DNA of 64,000 nucleotides, taken from an uncultured Oscillospiraceae bacterium (GTDB lineage Bacteria; Bacillota; Clostridia; Oscillospirales; Acutalibacteraceae). Shown here piece after piece: positions 49,441 to 59,518 of the stretch. The stretch spans positions 18,769 to 82,768 of the forward strand of contig UQQR01000005.1 in the NCBI GenBank assembly GCA_900543215.1. The letters are read 5' to 3'. The notes beneath the pieces were generated by a model, which saw only the letters and a program-made list of their open reading frames with translations, did not search any database and was not told the DNA's origin. How positions within the stretch are numbered: the first letter of the stretch is position 1; every line of letters starts with the position of its first letter. Made by a program: the position numbers and the translations under genes.

Positions 49441-49950
49441 TTAATTTTCTAAAAGATTTTTGAGCTTTGCTCTGATTTTGGCGATCCGCTTGCTGATTGC
49501 CTGCTGTGATACGCCGTAAATTTCGGCAAGGTCTGTGCCTGAAATGCCGGCGTAATAGTGGCGGTAGATGAGGAGTTGTTCCTCATCGGTTAGCTTGAGG
49601 ATGGCTTTTCTGAGCTTGTCCGTCATAATGCTTTCCACTACGGTATCGCACACATCCGGCTGATCGGCGATGAGGATGTCCTCGCCGCTGAATTCATCGG
49701 TGGTCAGCATATCGTAGGAGAAGTCACCGTTGTCGGCAGAGCGTTCGTCCAGATATTTCTGCCGGCGCTTTGCTCGGTAGAATTCCGCGTAATCCTCTTT
49801 GGATACCTCCATAAGCCTGCCGTAGAGGGGCAGGAACAGCTTGTCCGCATATAACGGGCAGATTTGCTCACGGCGACGGAATTCATCATAGGTCAGTTCC
49901 GTGTACCCGCCGTTTTCTATGATATAAACCGCTTTGGGTTGTTTTTTCAA
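49441..49950 (-). CDS. ICE-type sigma-70 family factor (region-4 HTH only)
   Basis: 169 aa, with a C-terminal LAEIYGVSQQAISKRIAKIRAKLK helix-turn-helix. It resembles the Tn916 Orf7-like activators. Confidence 0.7.
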   Translation of the reverse strand: MKKQPKAVYIIENGGYTELTYDEFRRREQICPLYADKLFLPLYGRLMEVSKEDYAEFYRAKRRQKYLDERSADNGDFSYDMLTTDEFSGEDILIADQPDVCDTVVESIMTDKLRKAILKLTDEEQLLIYRHYYAGISGTDLAEIYGVSQQAISKRIAKIRAKLKNLLEN

Positions 49951-50049
49951 GTTTATGTACCTCCGTTCAATCGTTTTTTTGTTAGGTCAAAAACGATTGA
50001 TACGGAGGGCTTCGACAGCCTACCGCAAAATTTGACAGTACGCTGCCGT

Positions 50050-50307
50050 TTATACAAACGCAGAAAGCCAAGCCAATTTGAAATTCCGAAATAACAGATT
50101 TATTGTTGGTTTTTTGCAGATATCGTCCATGCGGATCGTTAAAAAGCCGTAGCACAACACAGCCACGGCCGGTAAGAAAATATGCAGCTGCACAAGGGCG
50201 AGAACCGACAACAGTGCGGCTACCGCCAAAATTACAAAGTCCCGCAAGCTCCAAAGCCACAGATTGGCGGTAGCTTTTAAGTTCTGCGGATAGATATATT
50301 GCGTCAT
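50050..50307 (-). CDS. small two-TM membrane protein (PrgI-like?)
   Basis: 85 aa with two hydrophobic helices. Conjugation-module context. Confidence 0.4.
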   Translation of the reverse strand: MTQYIYPQNLKATANLWLWSLRDFVILAVAALLSVLALVQLHIFLPAVAVLCYGFLTIRMDDICKKPTINLLFRNFKLAWLSAFV

Positions 50308-51029
50308 TGCGTCATTCCTCCGATCTCTATGCCGCCGACATCCTCGCAGAATTCCTTGGGCGTCTGCCCGTATTCCTCACGGAGCTTCTCGGCGATCATT
50401 TCCTTGATAAGCTGCGACTCCGCAACGGTCGGTACATATTCGCCTTCCTCGCAGGAATCGGCGGTCGTGACGGTAAATTCAAGCCGGAGCGTGTCGGCGA
50501 ACGGGTCGTACTTGGCGTACAGGTTCAGCCATTTGTCATCGTCCGCCGCCGTGTTCGTTCCGAATTTCTTGTCCACATCAAACCATGTTTCGAGATAACA
50601 GGTAATCTGATGCCCGATGTCGCAGTCGATTTCCATATCTCGGTCGACCACAAGCATATCCCTTGTGAGTTCCGGCGTATCCATTTTAGTTATAACGGAT
50701 GCCGGACGGTATTCGGCGTCGGCATTGTGCCGTCCGAGCTGCTCACGGATATGCTCTGCAAGCTGTTCCGAGAGGAATCGACTGCACACTGCTTTTGCTT
50801 GCTCATGGATAATACCGAGATATTTAAGCCCTGCCTTGTAACGGGAGAGGAGCTTGTCATAGGTCATTTCCTCATTTAATGACGGCTCGAATATACCGTA
50901 ATCGCCGCACCAATTTGCATATCGCTCGGTTGGCGGAATGTCTGCCGCTTCCTCATAGGCGGCAATGATTTTAAATGCGTCCGAGCCGTACTTCTGAAAA
51001 AATCTGTTTGCCTGCGTATAGTATTTCAT
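50304..51029 (-). CDS. hypothetical ICE protein
   Basis: 241 aa, acidic. 4-nt overlap with the downstream gene. Confidence 0.5.
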   Translation of the reverse strand: MKYYTQANRFFQKYGSDAFKIIAAYEEAADIPPTERYANWCGDYGIFEPSLNEEMTYDKLLSRYKAGLKYLGIIHEQAKAVCSRFLSEQLAEHIREQLGRHNADAEYRPASVITKMDTPELTRDMLVVDRDMEIDCDIGHQITCYLETWFDVDKKFGTNTAADDDKWLNLYAKYDPFADTLRLEFTVTTADSCEEGEYVPTVAESQLIKEMIAEKLREEYGQTPKEFCEDVGGIEIGGMTQ

Positions 51030-51040
51030 AGCGCACCTCC

Positions 51041-51919
51041 TTATTTGCCCGCGGCTTTTGCTACACTGCGAGAGAGATTGACCGCTGTAGTTGTGGCATG
51101 AACAACGCTCATCATGTTTACTCTGACACTCGAATCAAGTCCGAACTGCTGCGCAATTCTTGGTACCTCATTGGCCGCCAGCATAATGCCGAGTCCGAGG
51201 AGCATATTCTGCGGAAAGGTCAGAAGCCCCAAGAAAAGCAATGTTGTCTGCATAAATGCGGTAAGGCAGATTGCGATGACCTGCTTGCACCATTGGTTGA
51301 AGCCGTCGGCATAGCCCCTCGGTACGCTGAACATATATAACGCACCGACAGACATCTGCACAAGAAGAATTCCGCCTCTTTTGATATTCTGAAAGAATAT
51401 TTTAATAATGCAGTAGGCAAAGGCGATCATCGCAAGCAGATTAAAGAGCTTGTATTCTGCGGTGGCTGCCACCATAAACGAGCCCTGCAGCACCGAAGTG
51501 CTTTGTCCTGCGAGGTCGAGGGACTGCGTTCCTGCAAAAATACGGGCAAGGTCGTGGGAAAAGGTGTTTTGCAGGCTGATGCAAAACTTGTATAATTCTA
51601 TCGGCACGACTCCGATGAGAGAGCAGGCAAAGAAGCCTTTTATGATGTTGAGAGCCGTTGTTTTCACATTGGCTCTGCCGCATTGGTACTCGATGGCAAC
51701 ATCAAATATTGCCACAACCGTTCCGGCTACAAACAAGCCCCAGCCGAACAGTGTAAACAGCTTTACGGTTGCCTTTACCCATTCAAGGTTAAACACATCC
51801 GCGCCCATATTGCCCATCATCTCGAAGAAGTCGGCGATAGCGCCGTAGATGATTTCATAAAACCATTTGAGCATTGCATCCCAAATGGCATTGGATATTT
51901 GTGTTCCGAGGAAGTCCAT
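51041..51919 (-). CDS. VirB6/TrbL-like polytopic T4SS channel protein
   Basis: 292 aa, about 6-7 TM helices. Position and topology like Tn916 Orf15. Confidence 0.6.
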   Translation of the reverse strand: MDFLGTQISNAIWDAMLKWFYEIIYGAIADFFEMMGNMGADVFNLEWVKATVKLFTLFGWGLFVAGTVVAIFDVAIEYQCGRANVKTTALNIIKGFFACSLIGVVPIELYKFCISLQNTFSHDLARIFAGTQSLDLAGQSTSVLQGSFMVAATAEYKLFNLLAMIAFAYCIIKIFFQNIKRGGILLVQMSVGALYMFSVPRGYADGFNQWCKQVIAICLTAFMQTTLLFLGLLTFPQNMLLGLGIMLAANEVPRIAQQFGLDSSVRVNMMSVVHATTTAVNLSRSVAKAAGK

Positions 51920-52008
51920 AGCGTCGCCGATGGCGTTGCCGATCCCCGAAAAGATATCGCCTAACCAGTCAAAGATAAGTCATCACCTCCGTTTCGTAAC
52001 CGGTTGTA

Positions 52009-52350
52009 TCAAATTATCGACCAGATATACAGCGGTGCGGTCAGCGTGAAAATAAGGCAGGCAAAAAGAATACACGGAGCGGCAAATTCAAACTGTCCGT
52101 GCTTTCTGTAGTCGAAGTAAGCCGTGCCGACCTTCACGAAGAAAAGAATGGCGAGGATCATATCGCACACGGGAAAAACAACATTGTTGACGACTGTCTG
52201 AATTTGGCTTTTTGCAGCGTTCCATGTGTTTTCGATCGCACCCGCCACATCGCCTGCGGCAAAGGCAGTCATAGAGAAAGCCGACACAAGGACGGCCACA
52301 AGCAGAACACAGAAAAGGATTCTGACAGTTTTCTTTTTCATAGGATTCAT
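52009..52350 (-). CDS. Maff2-family / VirB2-like conjugative pilin
   Basis: 113 aa; signal peptide ending SMTAFAAG, then two hydrophobic helices. Confidence 0.6.
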   Translation of the reverse strand: MNPMKKKTVRILFCVLLVAVLVSAFSMTAFAAGDVAGAIENTWNAAKSQIQTVVNNVVFPVCDMILAILFFVKVGTAYFDYRKHGQFEFAAPCILFACLIFTLTAPLYIWSII

Positions 52351-52688
52351 AAGGGATTACCTCCAATCGCTTTTTGGATTTCTTTTTCGGTTATCTTTCG
52401 GACTCGGATGTTGAGGTTCTTGCAAAATTTCAATTCGGCACTCATGCCGTCCGTAATGGTATCTCCGAATACCCAAACCTCATCGCAAAGCCACAACAGT
52501 GACATTCCCGCCGCCAGGCCGACTTCACGGTCTTTGGGATTGTTATCGTCAAGACATTCCGCATAGAAATGCGGCACGACCGGAGCCGTGCCGCACCTCA
52601 GTGAGTATTCGGTATATGTCTTAACCTTTTTGAGATTTTCCTCAATATTCCCTCCGAGGGGAGCGCAGACATACACCTTTTTCATCAC
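52347..52688 (-). CDS. DUF4406/DUF7768-like small Rossmann-like protein (nucleoside deoxyribosyltransferase-like fold)
   Basis: VYVCAPLGG...PVVPHFY...LWLCDEVWVFGD pattern, recalled from family knowledge. Confidence 0.45.
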   Translation of the reverse strand: MMKKVYVCAPLGGNIEENLKKVKTYTEYSLRCGTAPVVPHFYAECLDDNNPKDREVGLAAGMSLLWLCDEVWVFGDTITDGMSAELKFCKNLNIRVRKITEKEIQKAIGGNPL

Positions 52689-55600
52689 TCATCATCCTCA
52701 TCATTTCGGGATTTCATACGGATGATGACCACGGCGATGATACCGCCGAGTGCCACAGCACCGAGTCCGATCCAGAAACCGAGGTTAGAGTTGTCGCCCG
52801 TCTGCGGAACGGGAGGAGCAGGAGGTGTGAGCGTTACGGTCTGACCGTCATCCTTGATGTCTGCATGAGCTGCGATTTCCACGCCGTCACGGTAGAGCGT
52901 TTCAAACACCACAATGTCTGTCTGCTTGGTGACATTACTGCCGTCAAAGGTAAAGCGGACTGTAATCTCTCCGCCTTTTTTCTCTGCCGTAAAGGTGACC
53001 TCGGAGGTCACTTCCTTGCCGTTTACGAGGAATGGCTTGCCTGTTGCCTTGTCCATAAGGATACCCTTGACGGTGTATTCCTTACCAACTGTAAGGTTCT
53101 TGTAGGAAACGGTGTCCTCAATGGTGATGTCGTCCTTGGTAGTTACGGACTTTTCACCGTTTACGGTTGCCTTTGTTCCGATTTTGGGAACGGTAACCCT
53201 GACGGTCTGATCCTCGTCCTCAATGTCTGCGTGTACGGCAAGCTCTTTGCCGTCCTTATACAGCGTTTCAAATACCACAAGGCTTGTGTTTTCCTTGATG
53301 AGCCTTGAATCGAAGGTAAAGGATGCCGTAACCGTTCCGTTCGGAACTTCGGGCGTGAAGACGGTTTCGGCTGTTACAGCTTTATCGTTTTCGGTAAAGA
53401 CCTTGCCCGTGTTCTTATCCATAAGCGTCCCTTTGAGTACATACTCCTTGCCGGGGATGAGATGGCTGTAGGATACGGTATCGGTCAGCGTGAACACCTC
53501 GGTTGCACAGACTTCCTTTTCGCCGTCAACCGCAGCGGTGGTCTTGATTTCGGGAATGCGGTCATTGACCACGGTAATTTCTACCGTCTGCTCGTTTTTC
53601 GCAATGCTCACAGGATAGATTTCCTCATTGGCAAGGTATCCGTCGGCAGACTGCAATTCCTTAATGAGCCAATCGCCGTAAGGGATGTTCTTAAAAGTGA
53701 ATACGCCGTTCTCGCCGGATTCAGCTGTAAGGATAGCGTTTTCGGCAGTAAACTCGGTTTCGCCGCTGCGGAAGAGTCCGAATTTTGCGCCGACGATAGG
53801 CTTTTCGGTTTCACGGTCGATTTTCAAGCCCTTAACCGAGCCGTAGAGGATGTCATTCTTGATGGCTTCGCCGCTGTTTGCTTTGATCTCCACAATGGCG
53901 GTATCCTGTCCGGCGTAGTCAAAAGTTACGGGGTGTTTTTCGTCCGAGAGGATATAGTGGCTGTCGGTCGCAATTTCCTTTACATACAGCTTTGCGCCTA
54001 CGGGAATGTCGGTCTTAAAGGTGATATTGCCGTTTTCATTACAGTTGGCAATTTCAAGCAGTCCGTCCTTTGGAATGACCGTGCCGTCAGCGGCGGTCAA
54101 GTCCTCGGCGGCATACAGCCCGAACTGCACCGAGAGGATTTCTCCGTTATTCCCGATGCCGAAGGTTTCGTCCTTACCGAGAATTTTGGAGAGCGACACC
54201 TCTGCCTTTTGGCGTTCGTTATAGAACTCGGCGGAGGTTTCGGTGACCTCGACGGTTTCGCCTGCATAGGTCAGTTCAACCGACTTTGCCTCATCGTTCA
54301 GTACCATGCCGTAAGGTGCTTTTGTTTCTCTGACCGTATATTTGCCGAGGTACAACGGTTTGCTTGCGGCATTGCCGCTTTCATCGGTGGTTACAGTGTC
54401 GACAACCGTACCCTTGGCATAGCGGAGTGTGCCGTCCGGCGTGATAATGTCCTCGGCGGCGGTAATCTCATAGACCGCACCTGCGAGACCTTTATCTGCA
54501 AAAACAAAGCTGTACACGCCGTCCGATTCCACCGCGGAGAAGAAGACCTCGCCGCTTTTTGAAATGTTGACGATGCCTTTCTGCGGCATATTGTGCTTTT
54601 CTACGGTTACAACCGTCTTGCTGCCGTCCACCTTGAATGCGATGGGAGAAGAGTCGAGAACATATCCGTATGCCGTACACTGCTCGATGATCTTATAATT
54701 GCCGTAAGGCAGCTTTTCGGGCATCATGAGCTTGCCCGTTACATCGGTGTAATAGGTGTCGATGTCCACAGGCGTCGGGTAGTTGATATGCTGCACGATA
54801 TATTCACCCGTGTCGGTGTTGCGTACCTTAAAGCCAATACCCGCCGCAGGGATAATTTTACCCGTTTCGGCGTCCTTTTTAACAATCTCAATGAGTGCCT
54901 CAAAGGTTGCGTTGTTGATGAGGAAGCGATAGGTTTCGCCGTTTTCCTTAACAAAGACATTGAAAGGTGCAAGCAATTCCTTGCCCTCCCAGCCATTGGT
55001 CTGCTTCACGGTGTATTCGCCGTAAGGCAGACCCTTGGTTTCGGCAAAGCCGTTCTCATCGCACACAAGGATATCTCGCTCGGTTTCCTTGGCGTTTTCA
55101 TAGCTGCCGGAGGCGGCAAGGTATACCTCAAACTCTGCACCTTTTTCGGGTGTTTCGATCTTGGTGCTGCCGTCATCGCAATGCTTGATTACGGCGATTT
55201 TTCCCTTGATAACATTTTCGAGGGAGTCGAGAGGCTTTGCGAGGTTGTATTCTACGGTATAGAGCTTGGCCTCAGCACCGATGTGCTGACTTTCTGTGTT
55301 AAGAAGGTATCCTTCGGACGGGCTGATTTCTTTCAGCGACCAATCATCGCCGCAGATATAATACTTGGTGGTAAACTGACCGTTTGCGTCGGTGGTGTAG
55401 GTGTCGATGAGCTGATTGCCCTTATAGATGCCGTACTTTGCGCCTGCAAGAGATGCGTCGCCCTGCGGCAAGCCCTTTTCGCTGTCGCTCTTGGTTACAG
55501 TAACATTAAACTTCTTGAGGACATTGTCAAAGGACTTGTTCGTTACCTTATTCCACTCGATTGTGGCAGTCTGCTTGTCGGGTACGACATAGCGAGTCGG

Positions 55601-57097
55601 AGTGTCGACTTCTTCGAGGGTATATCCCGTGCCGATAAGCACATTCTTGAATTTTGCAATGCCGTTTTTATCGGTCACAGCATACTCGTTGACCTCAATG
55701 CCGGAGATCGATGTTCCGTAGAGGCGGAACTTCATGCCCTCGGTCAGCCCGTCCTCGGCAGTCTTTTTGACTGTAAGGTCGCCGCGGCGGAGCTTGTTGC
55801 TGAAGTTGACGGTAGACACCTGACCGCTGACTACGGTGACGCGGCGTGTTTCCTGCGGAATATATTTGTCATATTCGGTTTCGGTCACGGTGTAAACTCC
55901 TGGCTTGAGATTGTCTACCTGAATCACACCGCCGTTTGCAGTTTTAACGGTCTTGTCGATGCCGTTGCCCTGAATGCGGAATGTGATACCATCCACCTTG
56001 CCGTCCTCGCTGACCTTGACGATTTTGGCACTGCCGGGGATCAGCTCGTTGACAGCCTTAATGGTAATCGTGGCGTTCGGGGTGTTCTTGTTGAGTGTGA
56101 CTGTCCATTCGGATTTTCCGTAGGCGCGGTAGTCCTTCGGGAACACGGTTTCCTTGACGGTATAAGTGCCGAACGGGATCGGATCGGCAGCCTTGGCATA
56201 GCCGGAGGCATTGGTCGGGCCGATCTTGTATGCTTTACCCGTCTTTTGATTTGTGGCAACGAATACGGCTCCGGCAAGCGCCTTACCGTTTTCATCGGTC
56301 TTTTTAACCTCCATGAAGCCGTTTTCGATAAAGAGTTCGTCCGGCAGATGATAATATCCGTTCGGGGTGGACGCCTTATCTCCGTTGGAGGAGTGTGCCA
56401 TACCTTCGGTGGTGTTGATTTCGGGGCCTCTCTCATTACCTACATGGATAATGAAGTGCTTGCCGTTATACACGCCTGCAAAAATAGCCGCATGGACATG
56501 GCTGCTTGAGCTGTTGCCGAAGATGATAATGTCGCCGGGAGTGAGCTTGGAATAGTCCACATTGCTCGGACTCGTGCCGACCTTTTCGACCTTACCCTGC
56601 GAGGCAAGCTTATTCAGCGCGTTCTGCCAAGTCACAACGGCCTGCGAATTCGTTCCCGTAGCGTTGATGGCGTCGGTAATAAACTGCGTATCCACACCCT
56701 CAATGTTAGGCAGATAGTTGCAAATATAGTAGGTCACGAAGCTTGCACAGCAGAGACCGTACTGTTCGAACCTTGCAATATTCGGTGCTTTTCCCGTCAC
56801 GGTCGAGGAATCGGAAACCGTTTCCTTACCCGTAAGCGAAGTGCTGTAATGAATATCCGAGAGGATACTCGGTGCATTTCGTTTCAATGCGCCGCCGTAG
56901 TGTCCGGTCTGATAGATCGTGCCGTTATCCTTTTGCTTCTGTACATTGTAGCCCGTATAGGCAAGCGCTCTGACAATGGGGTTGTCGAGCATTTTGTCGG
57001 GAATGTCCGAGGCAGGTGCCGCAAACGCCGAAATCGGGAAAGCGCTGAGTACCATTACCAATGCAAGGAACAAGGATAACAATTTCTTTCTGTTCAT
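52685..57097 (-). CDS. 1470-aa sortase-anchored surface protein: N-terminal papain/CHAP-like Cys-His domain + tandem Cna-B/SpaA-type Ig-fold repeats
   Basis: Signal peptide MNRKKLLSLFLALVMVLSAFPISAFA. Cys in GLCCASFVTYY and His in SSHVHAAIFAG. Many repeats of the GxYTVxET / KVDxxxGKxLAGAxF type. C-terminal VPQTGD sorting motif, TM helix and KSRNDEDDE tail. Confidence 0.8.
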   Translation of the reverse strand: MNRKKLLSLFLALVMVLSAFPISAFAAPASDIPDKMLDNPIVRALAYTGYNVQKQKDNGTIYQTGHYGGALKRNAPSILSDIHYSTSLTGKETVSDSSTVTGKAPNIARFEQYGLCCASFVTYYICNYLPNIEGVDTQFITDAINATGTNSQAVVTWQNALNKLASQGKVEKVGTSPSNVDYSKLTPGDIIIFGNSSSSHVHAAIFAGVYNGKHFIIHVGNERGPEINTTEGMAHSSNGDKASTPNGYYHLPDELFIENGFMEVKKTDENGKALAGAVFVATNQKTGKAYKIGPTNASGYAKAADPIPFGTYTVKETVFPKDYRAYGKSEWTVTLNKNTPNATITIKAVNELIPGSAKIVKVSEDGKVDGITFRIQGNGIDKTVKTANGGVIQVDNLKPGVYTVTETEYDKYIPQETRRVTVVSGQVSTVNFSNKLRRGDLTVKKTAEDGLTEGMKFRLYGTSISGIEVNEYAVTDKNGIAKFKNVLIGTGYTLEEVDTPTRYVVPDKQTATIEWNKVTNKSFDNVLKKFNVTVTKSDSEKGLPQGDASLAGAKYGIYKGNQLIDTYTTDANGQFTTKYYICGDDWSLKEISPSEGYLLNTESQHIGAEAKLYTVEYNLAKPLDSLENVIKGKIAVIKHCDDGSTKIETPEKGAEFEVYLAASGSYENAKETERDILVCDENGFAETKGLPYGEYTVKQTNGWEGKELLAPFNVFVKENGETYRFLINNATFEALIEIVKKDAETGKIIPAAGIGFKVRNTDTGEYIVQHINYPTPVDIDTYYTDVTGKLMMPEKLPYGNYKIIEQCTAYGYVLDSSPIAFKVDGSKTVVTVEKHNMPQKGIVNISKSGEVFFSAVESDGVYSFVFADKGLAGAVYEITAAEDIITPDGTLRYAKGTVVDTVTTDESGNAASKPLYLGKYTVRETKAPYGMVLNDEAKSVELTYAGETVEVTETSAEFYNERQKAEVSLSKILGKDETFGIGNNGEILSVQFGLYAAEDLTAADGTVIPKDGLLEIANCNENGNITFKTDIPVGAKLYVKEIATDSHYILSDEKHPVTFDYAGQDTAIVEIKANSGEAIKNDILYGSVKGLKIDRETEKPIVGAKFGLFRSGETEFTAENAILTAESGENGVFTFKNIPYGDWLIKELQSADGYLANEEIYPVSIAKNEQTVEITVVNDRIPEIKTTAAVDGEKEVCATEVFTLTDTVSYSHLIPGKEYVLKGTLMDKNTGKVFTENDKAVTAETVFTPEVPNGTVTASFTFDSRLIKENTSLVVFETLYKDGKELAVHADIEDEDQTVRVTVPKIGTKATVNGEKSVTTKDDITIEDTVSYKNLTVGKEYTVKGILMDKATGKPFLVNGKEVTSEVTFTAEKKGGEITVRFTFDGSNVTKQTDIVVFETLYRDGVEIAAHADIKDDGQTVTLTPPAPPVPQTGDNSNLGFWIGLGAVALGGIIAVVIIRMKSRNDEDDE

Positions 57098-57181
57098 ATT
57101 GACTCATCCTTTCAAGTTTGATTGTATAAAAAAAGAACGCCTGATTTTATCAAGCGTTCGTGATGGGAGTATATCGGGCGG

Positions 57182-58021
57182 TTATCCGCCGTAGTTTTGG
57201 CTGCTTACGCATACGCAGCAGTACCATGTGCCGCCTTTGTAGGTGATGCCGACTGCCATGTAGGTGTATTCGGCACTTCCCACATAGCGCCAATGGCCGG
57301 CACTGTTCTTGAAGCCGTTTGCTATTTTATCGGCTATCTCGTCGGCCGTACCCGTCCAATTTCCTTTGGCGGCGGCTTCGGCATTGTATCCTCGGTAGTA
57401 GCTCGCTTCGGGCATTCCGCAGTCCGACATATCTACATATTCTCCGTATTTCAATACGGTGCAGGCGTCGGGACTTGATTCATGCGAGAAGTTTGTTATA
57501 AGCTGCTCGGAGCGATAGGTTGCGACCTTGCCGAGTCCGGGCAGGATGGTTGCAGCCGGTGAGCCTTGTGCTTGCCTGAGTGCATTTATCTTTTCTGCCG
57601 TTTTCCTTGCCACATCATTGGCGGTAGGTGTTGCGGCAGGAGCTTCGGGCTTTTCTGTGGGTGCAGGCGTCTGCGGTTTTTCCTCGGCAGGCTTCGGAGC
57701 TTCCGTCTGCTTGGACGGCGTCTTGGTCTGCTGATTTGATTCGGCAGGCTTTTTGGTGTCTGCCTTACTGTCGCTGTCGGCAGGGGCAGTGCTTTCGGCC
57801 TTTTCTTTTTCTGCCTTAGATTCGTCTTGCTTTATTTCGTTTTCCGCAGGCAGGCTGCTCTCGGCGGTCGGGTCGGAAGCGTTGTCCGTTACCGTTGCCG
57901 TGATACCGCTTTCTGTGCTTGCAGGATCGCTGCCTGTATTTTCCGTCTTATCCGCACCGCATCCCGCAAGGCTCAGTGTTATCAGTCCTGCAAGGAGGAC
58001 TGCGGGCATTTTCCGTTTCAT
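57182..58021 (-). CDS. CAP/SCP/PR-1 domain lipoprotein with low-complexity Pro/Glu/Lys-rich linker
   Basis: Lipobox LSLAGCG. C-terminal CAP motifs (GHWRYVGSAEYTYMAVGI, HESSPDACT). Confidence 0.7.
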   Translation of the reverse strand: MKRKMPAVLLAGLITLSLAGCGADKTENTGSDPASTESGITATVTDNASDPTAESSLPAENEIKQDESKAEKEKAESTAPADSDSKADTKKPAESNQQTKTPSKQTEAPKPAEEKPQTPAPTEKPEAPAATPTANDVARKTAEKINALRQAQGSPAATILPGLGKVATYRSEQLITNFSHESSPDACTVLKYGEYVDMSDCGMPEASYYRGYNAEAAAKGNWTGTADEIADKIANGFKNSAGHWRYVGSAEYTYMAVGITYKGGTWYCCVCVSSQNYGG

Positions 58022-58098
58022 CATCATGATCACCTCTACTTACACAATACCGAAAAACACGCAAAAGTCCAGCGAAATCGAAAGATTTCGAGAAAAAG

Positions 58099-58461
58099 TT
58101 ACATACTTTGTGCCGGACTCTCGTCCTCATCGGGTAATTCGTCCTCGGATTCCTCCAAAGCCTCACGGTAAGCGCCGAGGACGGCTTCGTTGAGGCTCTG
58201 CCGCGCCTCATCGGTGAGGGCGAAGGCAATGTCGGAATATTTTGTTTCGCCGCTGCCGGTTTTGTAGGAGCGAAAGGGCATTCGGGCGAACATTCCTTTC
58301 TGACCGTCCACCACGGCGATGTCCTTGATAACGAACGCGCCGCCGATATTCACACTTGCATACGCCTTGACCGTTGCATTCTCACGCTCGATCATACGGT
58401 CGATTTTAGCGGTCAACGAAAGATTGGATTTTTCTGTGTGATTGGTTTTCTTGGTTGCCAT
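58099..58461 (-). CDS. spoVG: SpoVG-family nucleic-acid-binding protein
   Basis: SLTAKIDRMIERENATVKAYASVNIGGAFVIKDIAVVDGQKGMFARMP matches the SpoVG core. Confidence 0.7.
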   Translation of the reverse strand: MATKKTNHTEKSNLSLTAKIDRMIERENATVKAYASVNIGGAFVIKDIAVVDGQKGMFARMPFRSYKTGSGETKYSDIAFALTDEARQSLNEAVLGAYREALEESEDELPDEDESPAQSM

Positions 58462-58478
58462 AGTAAAATTCCTCCTGA

Positions 58479-59219
58479 TTACAGATTCATTGTCATGCCG
58501 CCGTCCTCATCGGGTTCGTCGGCAAGGTCGTCGGCTTCAAGATATTTCTGTGTGTTTTCTTGCGCCCATTCGGGGATGAGTTCCTCTTTCAGTGCGCCCA
58601 CAAATTCCGTGCGGCGGTAATAGGTCTTTTCGCCGTCCGTCACATGAAATCCAAACACCTTCGTGCCGAGGGAATCGGGGCGGCAGCCGTTGCCGTGGGT
58701 GGCGTAAAAAAGCTGATCCTGCGGCGTTTTGCACTCGTCCTTGAGAACGGACGGATTCAGTACAAGTATGCGATCGGTATAGTCGAGCTGTCCGCTGCGC
58801 TCACTGTCGCACTGACTGCCGTCATATAATCCGAGTTTATCCCACTGCTGCCTTGTGTCGGAGACAAAGAGATTGACAAGCCCCGGATGGCTGCGCACAC
58901 AGTATTGCCATGTGTTTTCCTTGTCCATTACAGAGAATCGCCGCGCCCATTTCTTGTTGTCCTCGGAATATCTGCCGTCCTCGATTGATTGGCGGAGGGT
59001 GCTTGCCAGCACAAAATTCACACGCTCAAAGCCGTAGCGGACGATGATTTCTTTGGCGCAGGGATCAAGGCGCATACCGTCATAGTGTTCGTCAATGGCT
59101 CTCTCGATAGCACGGGCGCAGTCGCAGTTTTCGAGGTAGCTCTCACGCCATTCGTCCTTTTCATCCCATTCCGCAGCTTCCTTGAGGGAATAGAGATATA
59201 ACGGCTTATGCTCCGGCAT
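58479..59219 (-). CDS. hypothetical ICE protein (DUF3849-like)
   Basis: Start at MPEHKPLYLY (RBS AGGTGGA, 5 nt). The family assignment is recalled from memory and tentative. Confidence 0.45.
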   Translation of the reverse strand: MPEHKPLYLYSLKEAAEWDEKDEWRESYLENCDCARAIERAIDEHYDGMRLDPCAKEIIVRYGFERVNFVLASTLRQSIEDGRYSEDNKKWARRFSVMDKENTWQYCVRSHPGLVNLFVSDTRQQWDKLGLYDGSQCDSERSGQLDYTDRILVLNPSVLKDECKTPQDQLFYATHGNGCRPDSLGTKVFGFHVTDGEKTYYRRTEFVGALKEELIPEWAQENTQKYLEADDLADEPDEDGGMTMNL

Positions 59220-59517
59220 TTTGTCCACCTGCTTTCTGTTCAGCCCATTTGACGGACAAATGGACAAGTGCTACACGCTGCTGTTCGGCGGAGAGACTGT
59301 CGAGGAAATCCTCAAGCGTCATCTCGGCTTCCTTGTCGGCAGTCTTGGCGCCGGAGCAGTTATCGCAGATTTTCTCGCGCTTTACGGTCACGGTTCTGCC
59401 GTCCGGTGATTCGGTGAAGGACAGCACATCGTTATAGGTGAAGCCCACACGCTGTCTGATCTCAAACGGGATAGTGATGCGCCCTCTTTTGCCGAGAACA
59501 CGGTATAACTTTGTCAT
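59206..59517 (-). CDS. AbrB/MazE/SpoVT-type swapped-hairpin DNA-binding protein
   Basis: Start at MTKLYRVLGKRGRITIPFEIRQRVGF, which is the looped-hinge helix motif. Confidence 0.55.
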   Translation of the reverse strand: MTKLYRVLGKRGRITIPFEIRQRVGFTYNDVLSFTESPDGRTVTVKREKICDNCSGAKTADKEAEMTLEDFLDSLSAEQQRVALVHLSVKWAEQKAGGQNAGA

Positions 59518-59518
59518 A

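Noticed and set aside
53462-56509. Large plus-strand ORFs (366 aa and 638 aa) inside the adhesin gene
   Set aside because: They are antisense to a 1470-aa minus-strand gene with clear signal peptide, repeats and a sorting signal. They are Gly/Val/Asp-rich frame shadows.
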